From Escherichia coli (GTDB lineage: Bacteria; Pseudomonadota; Gammaproteobacteria; Enterobacterales; Enterobacteriaceae), in NCBI RefSeq assembly GCF_022846255.1, contig NZ_AP025682.1: a stretch of DNA of 64,000 nt. One strand, given 5' to 3'. Shown here in pieces: positions 15,163-29,050 of the stretch (positions are counted from its first letter, which is position 1; each line of letters begins with the position of its first letter). The position numbers and the translations under genes were made by a program. The notes under the pieces are model-generated. The model saw nothing but the letters and a program-made list of their open reading frames with translations. It did not search any database and had not been told where the DNA came from.

Positions 15163-15944
15163 AAAAAATCATAATATTGCTCAGTTTACTGATACTCCTG
15201 CCTCTGACGGTAACCAGTAATCCATTGATTCCAATAATGAAGACTCTTTTTACGGATGTTACCGGTACTGTACCGGATGCCGAAGAGATCGCGCGTAAAG
15301 CCGAACTTTTTCGTCAACAAACCGGGATTGCGCCGTTTATCGTGGTTGTACCTGGCGTTAATGAAGCAAGCTTCAGGCAAAATGGCAAAGCGATGCTGGC
15401 GCATGCGGCATCTTCAATGAGTAATGTAAAAGGAAGTGTTCTGTTACTTTTTACTACCCGCGAGCCACGGTTAATTATGATAACCAACGGCCAGGTTGAA
15501 AGCAGCATGGACGATAAACATCTCGGCCTTCTGGTAGAAAATCACACTCTGGCTTATTTACATGCAGATCTCTGGTATCAGGGAATCAATAATGCATTGG
15601 CTGTTTTACAAGCACAGATATTAAAACAACCGACGCCGCCACTGACATATTATCCGCATCCCGGACAACAGCAGGAGAATGATCTTCCCGGCAGTACCAC
15701 GACATTAGGCCTTTTTGCCTGGGCAGTTGCATTCATCGTCTTTGCTGCATTTTTTAACTACACAACGCGCCTTTATTATGCGTTAAAATTTGCAGTGGCT
15801 ATGGCTGTTGCCAATATGGGCTATCAGGCTTTATGTTTGTATATCGATAACAGCTTTGCGATTACCAGAATATCGCCGCTCTGGGCAGGGCTGATTGGTG
15901 TCTGTACGTTTATTGCCGCGTTACTATGGACGAGTAAACGGTAA
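15159..15944 (+). CDS. ycfZ: inner membrane protein YcfZ (TPM-domain)
   Basis: 261 aa, signal peptide plus C-terminal membrane segments; 4-nt overlap with ymfA. Confidence 0.85.
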   Translation: MKKIIILLSLLILLPLTVTSNPLIPIMKTLFTDVTGTVPDAEEIARKAELFRQQTGIAPFIVVVPGVNEASFRQNGKAMLAHAASSMSNVKGSVLLLFTTREPRLIMITNGQVESSMDDKHLGLLVENHTLAYLHADLWYQGINNALAVLQAQILKQPTPPLTYYPHPGQQQENDLPGSTTTLGLFAWAVAFIVFAAFFNYTTRLYYALKFAVAMAVANMGYQALCLYIDNSFAITRISPLWAGLIGVCTFIAALLWTSKR

Positions 15945-15972
15945 AAGAGGCAGTAAAGTTCGCATGTATTAT

Positions 15973-16068
15973 GCCGGATGCGGCGCGAACGCCTTATCCG
16001 GCCCACAAAACCCGCAAATTCAATTAATTGCGCCCCTTCACAGGCCTGACAAGCGTAGCGCATCAGGC
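15973..16068. repeat. REP/BIME palindromic units
   Basis: gccggatgcggcgcgaacgccttatccggcc and gcctgacaagcgtagcgcatcaggc, the typical enterobacterial REP form. Confidence 0.8.
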
Positions 16069-16081
16069 AATTTTTCCCGCT

Positions 16082-16903
16082 TTATAATCCCTTCAGCAAC
16101 TTTTCAACAAACTCTGGCACCACCTGGCTTGCCGGACCGTAATATTTCTCGGCAAATTCATTACCAACCTGACTCGGTTCAAGATTCAGTTCCACGGTGT
16201 GCGCGCCATGCAGTTTCGCTTCGTGAACAAACCCAGCCGCCGGATAAACATGCCCCGAAGTACCAATGGCAATGAAAATATCGGCCATCGACAACGCCAT
16301 ATAAATTTCATCCATGCCGAGTGGCATTTCGCCAAACCACACTACGTGCGGGCGCAAGGGTGCCGGGAACTGGCAACAATGGCATTTATCTTCTGGCGTA
16401 ACGTCTCCGGTCCAGTCGAGGACCTGGCCACTTTGCGAACAACGTACTTTCAGCAGTTCCCCATGCATATGAATGACATTGGTATTACCTGCGCGTTCAT
16501 GCAGATTGTCGATATTCTGCGTCACCAGCAAAAATCGATCGCCGAGGGCGTCTTGCAGTTTAGCCAGCGCAAGATGCGCGGCGTTAGGCTGAATTTCTGG
16601 CTGCTGCAGCTGTCGGCGACGGGCGTTATAAAACGCTTGCACCAGTTCAGGATCGCGATCAAAACCTTCCGGCGTTGCCACATCTTCAACCCGATGTTCT
16701 TCCCACAGGCCATCTGCGGCGCGAAAGGTACGAATACCTGATTCCGCAGAAATCCCTGCCCCTGTCAGTACGAGTACTCTTGGTTTTTCCATTGCTTCCG
16801 GCACCACTTTATCTCTGAAAAAAATACGCTGACGCAAACGCTCGCGCAGGCGGCGTTTATTTTTACGAAAACGACTTAACCGATGACCCCGACGCGACAG
16901 CAT
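16082..16903 (-). CDS. cobB: NAD-dependent protein deacylase (sirtuin)
   Basis: 273 aa ORF with Arg-rich N-terminal extension, CobB-like. Confidence 0.92.
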   Translation of the reverse strand: MLSRRGHRLSRFRKNKRRLRERLRQRIFFRDKVVPEAMEKPRVLVLTGAGISAESGIRTFRAADGLWEEHRVEDVATPEGFDRDPELVQAFYNARRRQLQQPEIQPNAAHLALAKLQDALGDRFLLVTQNIDNLHERAGNTNVIHMHGELLKVRCSQSGQVLDWTGDVTPEDKCHCCQFPAPLRPHVVWFGEMPLGMDEIYMALSMADIFIAIGTSGHVYPAAGFVHEAKLHGAHTVELNLEPSQVGNEFAEKYYGPASQVVPEFVEKLLKGL

Positions 16904-16918
16904 AGCAACCTCTGTTGA

Positions 16919-17830
16919 TTAATCGGTTAGATGTAGGAAGGCCGCACCACGCATTCCCCCCGCATCACCGTGGCGCGCGCGTTCAATGCGCGGAACACGA
17001 GCTACAGGTAAGAGATGACGAGGCAGCCTGTCCGCCAGTTGCGTTGTGATTGCCGGGAAATTCGATAAGCCTCCACCAATGACGACCAGGTCAGGGTCAA
17101 CAATGGTCAGGATATTTCCCAGACAAACCGCTAATAAATCCAGATAACGCTCAACGTGCGCCCTTGCCTGCTCATCGCCTTGATCATAAAGCGCAATGAT
17201 CTCAGGAGCCTGCAACGGTTGATGATAATAGTGTTGATACAGCCACGCAAAACCGCGACCAGACAGATAATTTTCAATGCAGCCATGCTGACCACAGCCG
17301 CAGCGGCGTAACGGGAAATCCAGCCCCATCATGGTTAACGCATCAACCGGCAGACGCATATGGCCAAACTCGCCGGTAATATAGCTTTTACCGGTAATTG
17401 GTTTACCGTTGAAAATCAGCCCGCCGCCAACGCCGGTGCCGAGAATCAACCCCATCACCAGTGGATATTGAGTAAATTCATCATCCCATGCTTCAGAAAG
17501 GGCAAAGCAGTTGGCATCGTTATCAAGGCGGACATCGCGATCAAGACGTGCGCTCAGGTCGGCACGCAGCGGTTTACCGCTGGCAGCAGGGACATTGGCG
17601 GCATACAGCGTACCATCTTCTGTTTCCGGCATTCCCGGAATACCGATGCCGACAGAACCTTTACAGCCAAAACGCCGGTCAGCTTCGGCTACCAGCTCGC
17701 ACACTGCATCTAAAAATGCGTCATAGCTGTCACGCGGTGTCGGCACCCGCTTTTCCCACTGCAACTGCCGACCGCTATCAAACACGCCTAGCGCAATTTT
17801 TGTTCCACCAATATCAAACCCGTAATACAT
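16919..17830 (-). CDS. nagK: N-acetyl-D-glucosamine kinase
   Basis: 303 aa ROK-family kinase, [11 protein letters not shown] start. Confidence 0.93.
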   Translation of the reverse strand: MYYGFDIGGTKIALGVFDSGRQLQWEKRVPTPRDSYDAFLDAVCELVAEADRRFGCKGSVGIGIPGMPETEDGTLYAANVPAASGKPLRADLSARLDRDVRLDNDANCFALSEAWDDEFTQYPLVMGLILGTGVGGGLIFNGKPITGKSYITGEFGHMRLPVDALTMMGLDFPLRRCGCGQHGCIENYLSGRGFAWLYQHYYHQPLQAPEIIALYDQGDEQARAHVERYLDLLAVCLGNILTIVDPDLVVIGGGLSNFPAITTQLADRLPRHLLPVARVPRIERARHGDAGGMRGAAFLHLTD

Positions 17831-17858
17831 TGCCGCTCCTTGTTTTAATGTACTGCCT

Positions 17859-21116
<3,258 letters not shown>

Positions 21117-21257
21117 CTAAAGGGCCTCATTTTCTCATCGGCCTTGTAGCCTGATCTTTATCTGAAAAATAACCAAATACAGACAGATACGCATTACACC
21201 ACGCGACTGGCCCCTCAGGATCAACAGCATGTTAAATAAAAAGAGCGTGTTGTCCTG

Positions 21258-22331
21258 ATGAAACAAAAAGAGCTATGGATTAACCAGATCAAAGGGTTAT
21301 GTATTTGTCTGGTAGTGATTTATCACTCGGTCATTACCTTTTATCCGCATCTGACCACTTTTCAGCATCCGTTATCGGAAGTCCTGAGCAAATGCTGGAT
21401 CTATTTCAATCTTTACCTTGCACCCTTTCGTATGCCGGTTTTTTTCTTTATCTCTGGCTATTTGATTCGCCGCTATATCGACAGCGTACCGTGGGGAAAT
21501 TGTCTCGATAAACGCATCTGGAACATCTTCTGGGTGCTGGCGCTTTGGGGCGTGGTGCAGTGGCTGGCGCTAAGTGCACTAAATCAGTGGCTGGCACCTG
21601 AGCGCAATTTAAGCAATGCCTCCAATGCCGCTTATGCCGATTCCACCGGTGAGTTCCTGCACGGGATGATCACCGCCAGCACCAGCTTGTGGTATCTGTA
21701 TGCGTTAATTGTCTATTTCGTGATATGTAAAATTTTTAACCGCCTGGCCCTGCCGTTATTTGTTCTGTTTGTACTGATGAGTGTGGCTGTTAATTTCGTA
21801 CCCACACCGTGGTGGGGAATGAACAGTGTGATCCGCAATTTGCCTTATTACAGCCTTGGCGCATGGTTTGGCGCAACATTAATGACCTGTGTTAAAGCGG
21901 TACCGTTGCGCCGCCATCTGCTGATGGCTTCTTTGCTGGCTGTTCTGGCGGTCGGTGCCTGGTTGTTTACTATCTCGCTGCTGTTGTCGCTGGTATCGAT
22001 TGTGGTGATCATGAAGCTGTTTTATCATTACGAGCAACGTTTCGGCATGCGCTCCACCAGCCTGCTGAATGTGATTGGCTCCAACACCATTGCTATCTAC
22101 ACCACCCATCGCATTCTGGTAGAAATATTCAGCTTAAGCCTGATTCCGCAAATGAACGCGGTACGCTGGTCGCCGCAAGTCGAACTGACGCTCCTGCTGA
22201 TTTACCCCTTTGTCAGTTTGTTGATTTGTACTGTTGCGGGCTTGCTGGTAAGAAAACTTTCACAGCGCGCATTCAGCGATCTGTTGTTCTCCCCGCCTTC
22301 TCTGCCCGCTACCGTCAGTTACTCCCGCTAA
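21258..22331 (+). CDS. ycfT: inner membrane acyltransferase-family protein YcfT
   Basis: 357 aa polytopic membrane ORF. Confidence 0.88.
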   Translation: MKQKELWINQIKGLCICLVVIYHSVITFYPHLTTFQHPLSEVLSKCWIYFNLYLAPFRMPVFFFISGYLIRRYIDSVPWGNCLDKRIWNIFWVLALWGVVQWLALSALNQWLAPERNLSNASNAAYADSTGEFLHGMITASTSLWYLYALIVYFVICKIFNRLALPLFVLFVLMSVAVNFVPTPWWGMNSVIRNLPYYSLGAWFGATLMTCVKAVPLRRHLLMASLLAVLAVGAWLFTISLLLSLVSIVVIMKLFYHYEQRFGMRSTSLLNVIGSNTIAIYTTHRILVEIFSLSLIPQMNAVRWSPQVELTLLLIYPFVSLLICTVAGLLVRKLSQRAFSDLLFSPPSLPATVSYSR

Positions 22332-22458
22332 GCCATCACCCCAGCCGGGGCGATTCAATTTGCTAAACCATGCCGATTACGGATAATGAACAGCATTGCT
22401 TATCAGAGATATGCCCTCATATGTTGAGGCATATCCTAACGAGAATCTGACAACCGTT

Positions 22459-25400
22459 ATGCCTGAACAATATCGTTATACGCTGCCCGTCAAAGCGGGT
22501 GAGCAGCGTCTGCTGGGCGAGTTAACCGGCGCTGCCTGCGCGACGCTGGTAGCGGAAATTGCCGAACGTCACGCCGGTCCGGTGGTACTCATTGCACCAG
22601 ATATGCAAAATGCTCTGCGTTTGCATGATGAAATCAGCCAGTTCACCGATCAGATGGTGATGAATCTGGCGGACTGGGAAACCCTCCCTTACGACAGTTT
22701 TTCGCCTCATCAGGACATTATCTCCTCGCGTCTTTCCACCCTTTACCAGCTACCGACCATGCAGCGTGGCGTACTGATTGTTCCGGTGAATACGCTTATG
22801 CAGCGCGTTTGCCCGCACAGCTTTCTCCACGGTCATGCGCTGGTGATGAAAAAAGGTCAGCGCCTGTCACGAGATGCATTACGAACCCAACTGGACAGCG
22901 CCGGTTATCGCCATGTTGACCAGGTGATGGAGCACGGCGAATACGCCACGCGCGGCGCGTTGCTGGATCTCTTCCCGATGGGCAGTGAGCTGCCTTATCG
23001 TCTTGATTTCTTTGATGATGAAATCGACAGCCTGCGGGTGTTTGACGTCGATAGCCAGCGCACGCTGGAGGAAGTAGATGCGATCAATCTGCTTCCCGCG
23101 CACGAATTTCCTACCGATAAAGCGGCAATTGAACTGTTCCGCAGCCAGTGGCGTGATACCTTCGAAGTGAAGCGCGACCCGGAACATATTTATCAGCAAG
23201 TGAGTAAAGGCACATTACCTGCCGGGATCGAGTACTGGCAGCCGCTATTCTTCAGCGAACCGCTGCCGCCACTGTTCAGTTATTTCCCTGCCAATACGCT
23301 GTTGGTGAATACTGGCGATCTGGAAAACAGTGCCGAACGTTTCCAGGCTGACACGCTGGCGCGTTTTGAGAATCGCGGCGTCGACCCAATGCGCCCACTG
23401 TTGCCACCACAATCGCTCTGGCTGCGGGTGGATGAGCTCTTCTCAGAGCTGAAAAACTGGCCCCGTGTGCAGCTAAAAACTGAACATTTACCGACAAAAG
23501 CAGCGAATGCCAATTTAGGTTTCCAGAAACTGCCAGACCTGGCCATTCAGGCACAACAAAAAGCGCCGCTGGATGCGCTGCGTAAGTTCCTCGAGTCTTT
23601 CGACGGTCCGGTGGTGTTCTCGGTAGAAAGTGAAGGCCGCCGTGAAGCGTTGGGTGAACTGCTCGCGCGAATTAAAATTGCTCCGCAACGCATTATGCGT
23701 CTTGATGAAGCCAGCGACCGTGGGCGTTATCTGATGATTGGCGCTGCAGAGCATGGTTTTGTCGATACGGTACGTAATCTGGCGCTGATTTGCGAAAGCG
23801 ATCTGCTCGGTGAACGCGTTGCCCGTCGTCGTCAGGATTCTCGCCGCGCCATCAACCCCGATACACTGATCCGTAACCTTGCGGAGCTGCATATTGGTCA
23901 GCCGGTGGTCCATCTGGAGCACGGCGTCGGTCGTTATGCCGGAATGACCACGCTCGAAGCTGGAGGCATTACTGGCGAGTATTTGATGCTCACCTATGCC
24001 AACGACGCCAAACTGTATGTTCCGGTGTCGTCACTGCATCTGATTAGCCGTTACGCGGGTGGCGCAGAAGAAAACGCACCACTGCATAAACTTGGTGGCG
24101 ATGCCTGGTCACGCGCACGGCAGAAAGCGGCGGAAAAAGTGCGTGATGTGGCGGCGGAATTGCTGGATATCTACGCGCAACGCGCCGCCAAAGAGGGCTT
24201 CGCGTTTAAACACGATCGTGAGCAGTATCAGTTATTCTGCGACAGCTTCCCGTTTGAAACCACGCCGGATCAGGCTCAAGCCATTAATGCGGTGCTTAGC
24301 GACATGTGTCAGCCGCTGGCAATGGATCGTCTGGTGTGCGGCGATGTTGGCTTTGGTAAAACAGAAGTGGCGATGCGCGCCGCTTTCCTGGCGGTAGATA
24401 ACCACAAACAGGTGGCGGTGCTGGTGCCTACCACCCTTCTCGCGCAGCAGCATTACGACAACTTCCGCGACCGTTTCGCCAACTGGCCGGTACGTATCGA
24501 AATGATCTCCCGTTTCCGCAGCGCCAAAGAGCAGACGCAAATCCTTGCGGAAGTGGCGGAAGGGAAAATTGATATTCTGATCGGTACGCACAAACTGCTG
24601 CAAAGTGACGTCAAGTTTAAAGATTTAGGCCTGCTGATTGTCGATGAAGAACACCGCTTCGGGGTGCGTCATAAAGAGCGCATTAAAGCGATGCGCGCGA
24701 ACGTGGATATTCTGACGCTTACCGCAACGCCGATCCCACGTACGCTGAATATGGCAATGAGCGGAATGCGCGATCTGTCGATTATCGCCACGCCGCCCGC
24801 CCGTCGTCTGGCAGTTAAAACCTTTGTCCGTGAGTATGACAGCCTGGTGGTCCGGGAGGCGATCCTGCGTGAAATTTTGCGCGGAGGACAGGTTTATTAT
24901 CTCTACAATGATGTGGAAAACATCCAGAAAGCCGCCGAACGGCTGGCAGAACTGGTACCTGAAGCGCGGATTGCCATCGGTCACGGGCAAATGCGTGAGC
25001 GCGAACTGGAACGGGTGATGAATGATTTCCATCATCAACGTTTCAACGTGCTGGTTTGTACCACCATTATCGAAACCGGGATCGACATTCCTACCGCCAA
25101 CACCATTATCATTGAACGCGCGGATCACTTCGGTCTGGCACAGTTGCACCAGTTGCGCGGTCGCGTCGGGCGTTCTCACCACCAGGCATATGCATGGCTA
25201 CTGACGCCGCATCCAAAAGCGATGACTACCGATGCGCAAAAACGTCTTGAAGCGATTGCCTCGCTGGAAGATCTCGGTGCAGGTTTTGCGCTGGCAACGC
25301 ACGATCTGGAGATCCGCGGCGCAGGTGAACTACTTGGCGAAGAACAAAGCGGCTCAATGGAAACCATCGGTTTCTCGCTGTATATGGAGTTGCTGGAAAA

Positions 25401-25905
25401 CGCCGTCGATGCTCTGAAAGCCGGACGCGAGCCGTCGCTGGAAGATCTCACCAGCCAGCAAACAGAAGTCGAGCTGCGGATGCCGTCGCTATTGCCAGAT
25501 GATTTCATCCCTGACGTGAACACGCGTCTGTCGTTCTACAAACGTATTGCCAGCGCCAAAACGGAAAACGAACTGGAAGAGATCAAAGTCGAGCTTATCG
25601 ATCGCTTCGGCCTGCTGCCGGATCCGGCGCGTACCCTGCTGGATATTGCCCGTCTGCGCCAGCAAGCGCAGAAACTGGGGATCAGGAAGCTGGAAGGTAA
25701 TGAGAAAGGCGGCGTGATCGAATTTGCCGAGAAGAATCACGTTAATCCAGCCTGGTTGATTGGTTTGCTGCAAAAACAGCCGCAGCATTACCGCCTTGAT
25801 GGTCCGACGCGTCTGAAGTTTATTCAGGATTTGAGCGAGCGGAAAACGCGTATCGAATGGGTACGCCAGTTTATGCGTGAACTGGAAGAGAACGCGATCG
25901 CTTGA
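22459..25905 (+). CDS. mfd: transcription-repair coupling factor Mfd
   Basis: ORF 22396-25905; start set at MPEQYRYTLPVKAG..., 1148 aa; helicase motifs GDVGFGKTEVA, DEEHRFG. Confidence 0.95.
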   Translation: MPEQYRYTLPVKAGEQRLLGELTGAACATLVAEIAERHAGPVVLIAPDMQNALRLHDEISQFTDQMVMNLADWETLPYDSFSPHQDIISSRLSTLYQLPTMQRGVLIVPVNTLMQRVCPHSFLHGHALVMKKGQRLSRDALRTQLDSAGYRHVDQVMEHGEYATRGALLDLFPMGSELPYRLDFFDDEIDSLRVFDVDSQRTLEEVDAINLLPAHEFPTDKAAIELFRSQWRDTFEVKRDPEHIYQQVSKGTLPAGIEYWQPLFFSEPLPPLFSYFPANTLLVNTGDLENSAERFQADTLARFENRGVDPMRPLLPPQSLWLRVDELFSELKNWPRVQLKTEHLPTKAANANLGFQKLPDLAIQAQQKAPLDALRKFLESFDGPVVFSVESEGRREALGELLARIKIAPQRIMRLDEASDRGRYLMIGAAEHGFVDTVRNLALICESDLLGERVARRRQDSRRAINPDTLIRNLAELHIGQPVVHLEHGVGRYAGMTTLEAGGITGEYLMLTYANDAKLYVPVSSLHLISRYAGGAEENAPLHKLGGDAWSRARQKAAEKVRDVAAELLDIYAQRAAKEGFAFKHDREQYQLFCDSFPFETTPDQAQAINAVLSDMCQPLAMDRLVCGDVGFGKTEVAMRAAFLAVDNHKQVAVLVPTTLLAQQHYDNFRDRFANWPVRIEMISRFRSAKEQTQILAEVAEGKIDILIGTHKLLQSDVKFKDLGLLIVDEEHRFGVRHKERIKAMRANVDILTLTATPIPRTLNMAMSGMRDLSIIATPPARRLAVKTFVREYDSLVVREAILREILRGGQVYYLYNDVENIQKAAERLAELVPEARIAIGHGQMRERELERVMNDFHHQRFNVLVCTTIIETGIDIPTANTIIIERADHFGLAQLHQLRGRVGRSHHQAYAWLLTPHPKAMTTDAQKRLEAIASLEDLGAGFALATHDLEIRGAGELLGEEQSGSMETIGFSLYMELLENAVDALKAGREPSLEDLTSQQTEVELRMPSLLPDDFIPDVNTRLSFYKRIASAKTENELEEIKVELIDRFGLLPDPARTLLDIARLRQQAQKLGIRKLEGNEKGGVIEFAEKNHVNPAWLIGLLQKQPQHYRLDGPTRLKFIQDLSERKTRIEWVRQFMRELEENAIA

Positions 25906-26050
25906 TGGTAAATCGGGGGCGTCTCTGCGCCCCCATCTGCAATATTTACAAATTCTTTGCACTTCCCTGCATTATCCGACACTGTCACCCTCCATAATTC
26001 AGACTTACTTTTTTATTACAATAACCTTATATTTATTATGGACTTTGGTG

Positions 26051-27010
26051 ATGATCAAAACGCGTTTTTCTCGCTGGCTAACGTTTTTTACGTTCGCCGC
26101 TGCCGTGGCGCTGGCGCTACCGGCAAAAGCCAACACCTGGCCGCTGCCGTCAGCGGACAGTCGTCTGGTTGGTGAAAACAAATTTCATGTGGTGGAAAAT
26201 GACGGTGGTTCTCTGGAAGCGATCGCCAAAAAATATAACGTCGGCTTTCTCGCTCTGTTACAGGCTAACCCCGGCGTTGATCCTTACGTACCGCGCGCGG
26301 GTAGCGTGTTAACGATCCCGTTGCAAACCCTACTTCCAGACGCGCCGCGCGAAGGCATTGTGATCAACATTGCGGAGCTGCGTCTCTATTATTATCCGCC
26401 GGGAAAAAATTCGGTAACCGTATATCCCATCGGCATTGGTCAGTTAGGTGGTGACACGCTGACACCGACAATGGTGACCACCGTTTCTGACAAGCGTGCA
26501 AACCCAACCTGGACGCCAACGGCAAACATTCGCGCGCGGTATAAGGCACAGGGAATTGAGTTGCCTGCGGTAGTTCCGGCTGGACCGGATAACCCAATGG
26601 GCCATCATGCGATTCGTCTGGCGGCCTATGGCGGCGTTTATTTGCTTCACGGTACGAACGCTGATTTCGGCATTGGCATGCGGGTAAGTTCTGGCTGTAT
26701 TCGTCTGCGGGATGACGATATCAAAACACTCTTTAGCCAGGTCACCCCAGGCACCAAAGTGAATATCATCAACACCCCGATTAAAGTCTCTGCCGAACCA
26801 AACGGTGCGCGTCTGGTTGAAGTACATCAGCCGCTGTCAGAGAAGATTGATGACGATCCGCAGCTGCTGCCAATTACGCTGAATAGCGCAATGCAATCAT
26901 TTAAAGATGCAGCACAAACTGACGCTGAAGTGATGCAACATGTGATGGATGTCCGTTCCGGGATGCCGGTGGATGTCCGCCGTCATCAAGTGAGCCCACA
27001 AACTCTGTAA
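26051..27010 (+). CDS. ldtC: L,D-transpeptidase (LysM + YkuD domains)
   Basis: ORF 25877-27010; ATG at 26051 gives MIKTRFSRWLTFF..., 320 aa. Confidence 0.9.
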   Translation: MIKTRFSRWLTFFTFAAAVALALPAKANTWPLPSADSRLVGENKFHVVENDGGSLEAIAKKYNVGFLALLQANPGVDPYVPRAGSVLTIPLQTLLPDAPREGIVINIAELRLYYYPPGKNSVTVYPIGIGQLGGDTLTPTMVTTVSDKRANPTWTPTANIRARYKAQGIELPAVVPAGPDNPMGHHAIRLAAYGGVYLLHGTNADFGIGMRVSSGCIRLRDDDIKTLFSQVTPGTKVNIINTPIKVSAEPNGARLVEVHQPLSEKIDDDPQLLPITLNSAMQSFKDAAQTDAEVMQHVMDVRSGMPVDVRRHQVSPQTL

Positions 27011-27027
27011 AGCTCGGATAAAAAAAT

Positions 27028-27059
27028 CCCCGCGACACGGCATGTCGCGGGGAAAAAAA
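27028..27059 (-). terminator. rho-independent terminator of bhsA
   Basis: ccccgcgacacggcatgtcgcgggg hairpin; on the minus strand it is followed by a T-tract. Confidence 0.75.
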
Positions 27060-27092
27060 CAAGCAGTAGCAGGCATTAATGAGGGTTAATGC

Positions 27093-27350
27093 TTATTTAT
27101 AAATTACTGCTGTTCCATGGAGGGTATTCGGACCGGTTACAGAAGTAATACGGAAAGATTTTGCGCCCATCTCATCCGCTTTTTGCGCCAGCTGCTCTTC
27201 CAGCGATCCCAGATTTGTCCCCGCGTTAGCACTGATAGTACCGACTTTTTGTTGGCCTTCTGGCGTTGACTGAACTTCGACAGCCGCAAAGCTGGCAAAT
27301 GACATGGAGCTTAAAATCGCCGCAGCGATGAGGGTTTTTACGTTTTTCAT
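27093..27350 (-). CDS. bhsA: multiple stress resistance protein BhsA (DUF1471/YhcN family)
   Basis: 85 aa secreted small protein, MKNVKTLIAAAILSSMSFASFA signal peptide. Confidence 0.9.
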   Translation of the reverse strand: MKNVKTLIAAAILSSMSFASFAAVEVQSTPEGQQKVGTISANAGTNLGSLEEQLAQKADEMGAKSFRITSVTGPNTLHGTAVIYK

Positions 27351-27590
27351 AATAGTGGCCTTATGCAGATGAATGACGTCGCAAGCAATTACTTAACGAT
27401 CGATAACTAAATGATAGATGTGATCTGGATCACATACAAGATATTTTTTATAACAATCATTAATTAATTTAAAAACCTTTAAATTTCAGTTAAATAGAAA
27501 GCGATTATTTTTATGATTTCTGGACTGGTGAACGGAGGTGATTATTTTTATAATAACCTTTCATTCACAGTCACCAGGTACAACGGCATC

Positions 27591-28223
27591 ATGGCAACTG
27601 ACTCAACACAATGTGTAAAAAAAAGCCGTGGCCGCCCAAAAGTGTTCGACAGGGATGCCGCGCTTGATAAGGCCATGAAATTGTTCTGGCAGCACGGTTA
27701 TGAAGCGACTTCTCTTGCGGACCTCGTTGAAGCGACCGGAGCTAAAGCGCCCACGCTATACGCGGAATTTACCAACAAAGAGGGGTTATTTCGCGCCGTA
27801 CTCGACCGTTATATCGATCGCTTTGCCGCTAAGCATGAAGCACAGCTGTTTTGTGAAGAGAAAAGCGTGGAGTCTGCGCTGGCTGACTATTTTGCTGCCA
27901 TCGCCAACTGCTTTACCAGCAAAGACACCCCGGCGGGCTGCTTCATGATCAACAACTGCACCACCCTCTCCCCGGATTCAGGAGATATCGCCAATACGCT
28001 GAAATCACGCCATGCGATGCAAGAGCGCACTTTGCAGCAGTTTTTATGTCAACGACAAGCGCGCGGGGAAATCCCGACCCACTGTGACGTGACGCATCTG
28101 GCAGAATTCCTTAATTGTATTATTCAGGGGATGTCGATCAGCGCACGCGAAGGTGCATCGCTGGAAAAACTGATGCAAATTGCCCGAACGACTTTGCGTT
28201 TATGGCCGGAACTGCTGAAATAA
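27591..28223 (+). CDS. comR: TetR-family repressor ComR
   Basis: ORF 27513-28223; start set at MATDSTQCVKKSRGRPK..., 210 aa; divergent from bhsA. Confidence 0.88.
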   Translation: MATDSTQCVKKSRGRPKVFDRDAALDKAMKLFWQHGYEATSLADLVEATGAKAPTLYAEFTNKEGLFRAVLDRYIDRFAAKHEAQLFCEEKSVESALADYFAAIANCFTSKDTPAGCFMINNCTTLSPDSGDIANTLKSRHAMQERTLQQFLCQRQARGEIPTHCDVTHLAEFLNCIIQGMSISAREGASLEKLMQIARTTLRLWPELLK

Positions 28224-28227
28224 GTCG

Positions 28228-28262
28228 CAAAAAAAGCCCCTCAGCCTGAGCGAATGAGGGGC
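28228..28262 (-). terminator. rho-independent terminator of ycfJ
   Basis: gcccctca...tgaggggc hairpin; on the minus strand it is followed by tttttt. Confidence 0.7.
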
Positions 28263-28284
28263 CAAATTGCAGAGTACAGCCTTG

Positions 28285-28824
28285 TTATACTTTGTTATTC
28301 AAAATCAGTTGCCCGTTGCTATCTAGCGGGATCTGCGTACCCGGATCGCGTTCCATGCGGATTTTGCCCTGCTGATCGCCAATCTTATAGGTCACATCAT
28401 AACCGAGCATTTTTTCTGACTTGTCATACACCGTTTTACAACGCTGTTGCGTAGTCGTGTAAGTATCGCTTTCCTGGAGAGAGCCCTGGATCTGGTTACC
28501 GGCATATCCACCACCCAGCGCCCCCACAACAGTAGCGACATCTTTACCGCGACCACCACCAAACTGATGCCCTATCACGCCACCAGCAACAGCGCCGAGC
28601 ACCGACCCGGTAATGCGATTTTCATCCTGCACCGGTCGACGATGGTTCACTGTGACGTTGCGACACTCCTGACGCGGTGTTTTAACCGTTTCCTTGATTG
28701 GGGTTGCAGAAACAACCTGAGCGTATTGCGGGCCACGTTCAAACACGTTCAGACTGGCCACTGCCGCTACGCCCAACGCAGCTGCGACACCAATCCCGAT
28801 ACCCGCCAACATTGATTTATTCAC
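28285..28824 (-). CDS. ycfJ: glycine-zipper membrane protein YcfJ
   Basis: ORF 28285-28863; probable GTG start at 28824 (MNKSMLAGIGIG...) with AGGAGGT RBS just upstream, 179 aa. Confidence 0.85.
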   Translation of the reverse strand: MNKSMLAGIGIGVAAALGVAAVASLNVFERGPQYAQVVSATPIKETVKTPRQECRNVTVNHRRPVQDENRITGSVLGAVAGGVIGHQFGGGRGKDVATVVGALGGGYAGNQIQGSLQESDTYTTTQQRCKTVYDKSEKMLGYDVTYKIGDQQGKIRMERDPGTQIPLDSNGQLILNNKV

Positions 28825-28951
28825 GGGAATACCTCCTTCTTTGCAGTTATGCCAATCATGCAAGCGAAGGAGAAAAGCAGCTATCAGACAGAAGATGAAA
28901 AGCGCGGGAATGGCTGGAAATACTTAGGGATTCGGAGGAGTCTGAAGGAAT

Positions 28952-29038
28952 GCCTGATGCGACACTTAACGCGTCTTATCAGGCCTACCGCTCGTACCAT
29001 TTGTCCAGGGCGGATAAGGCGTTTATGCCCCATCCGCC
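28952..29038. repeat. REP/BIME palindromic units
   Basis: gcctgatgcgacacttaacgcgtcttatcaggcctac and ggcggataaggcgtttatgccccatccgcc. Confidence 0.8.
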
Positions 29039-29050
29039 AGTACAAGCCGA

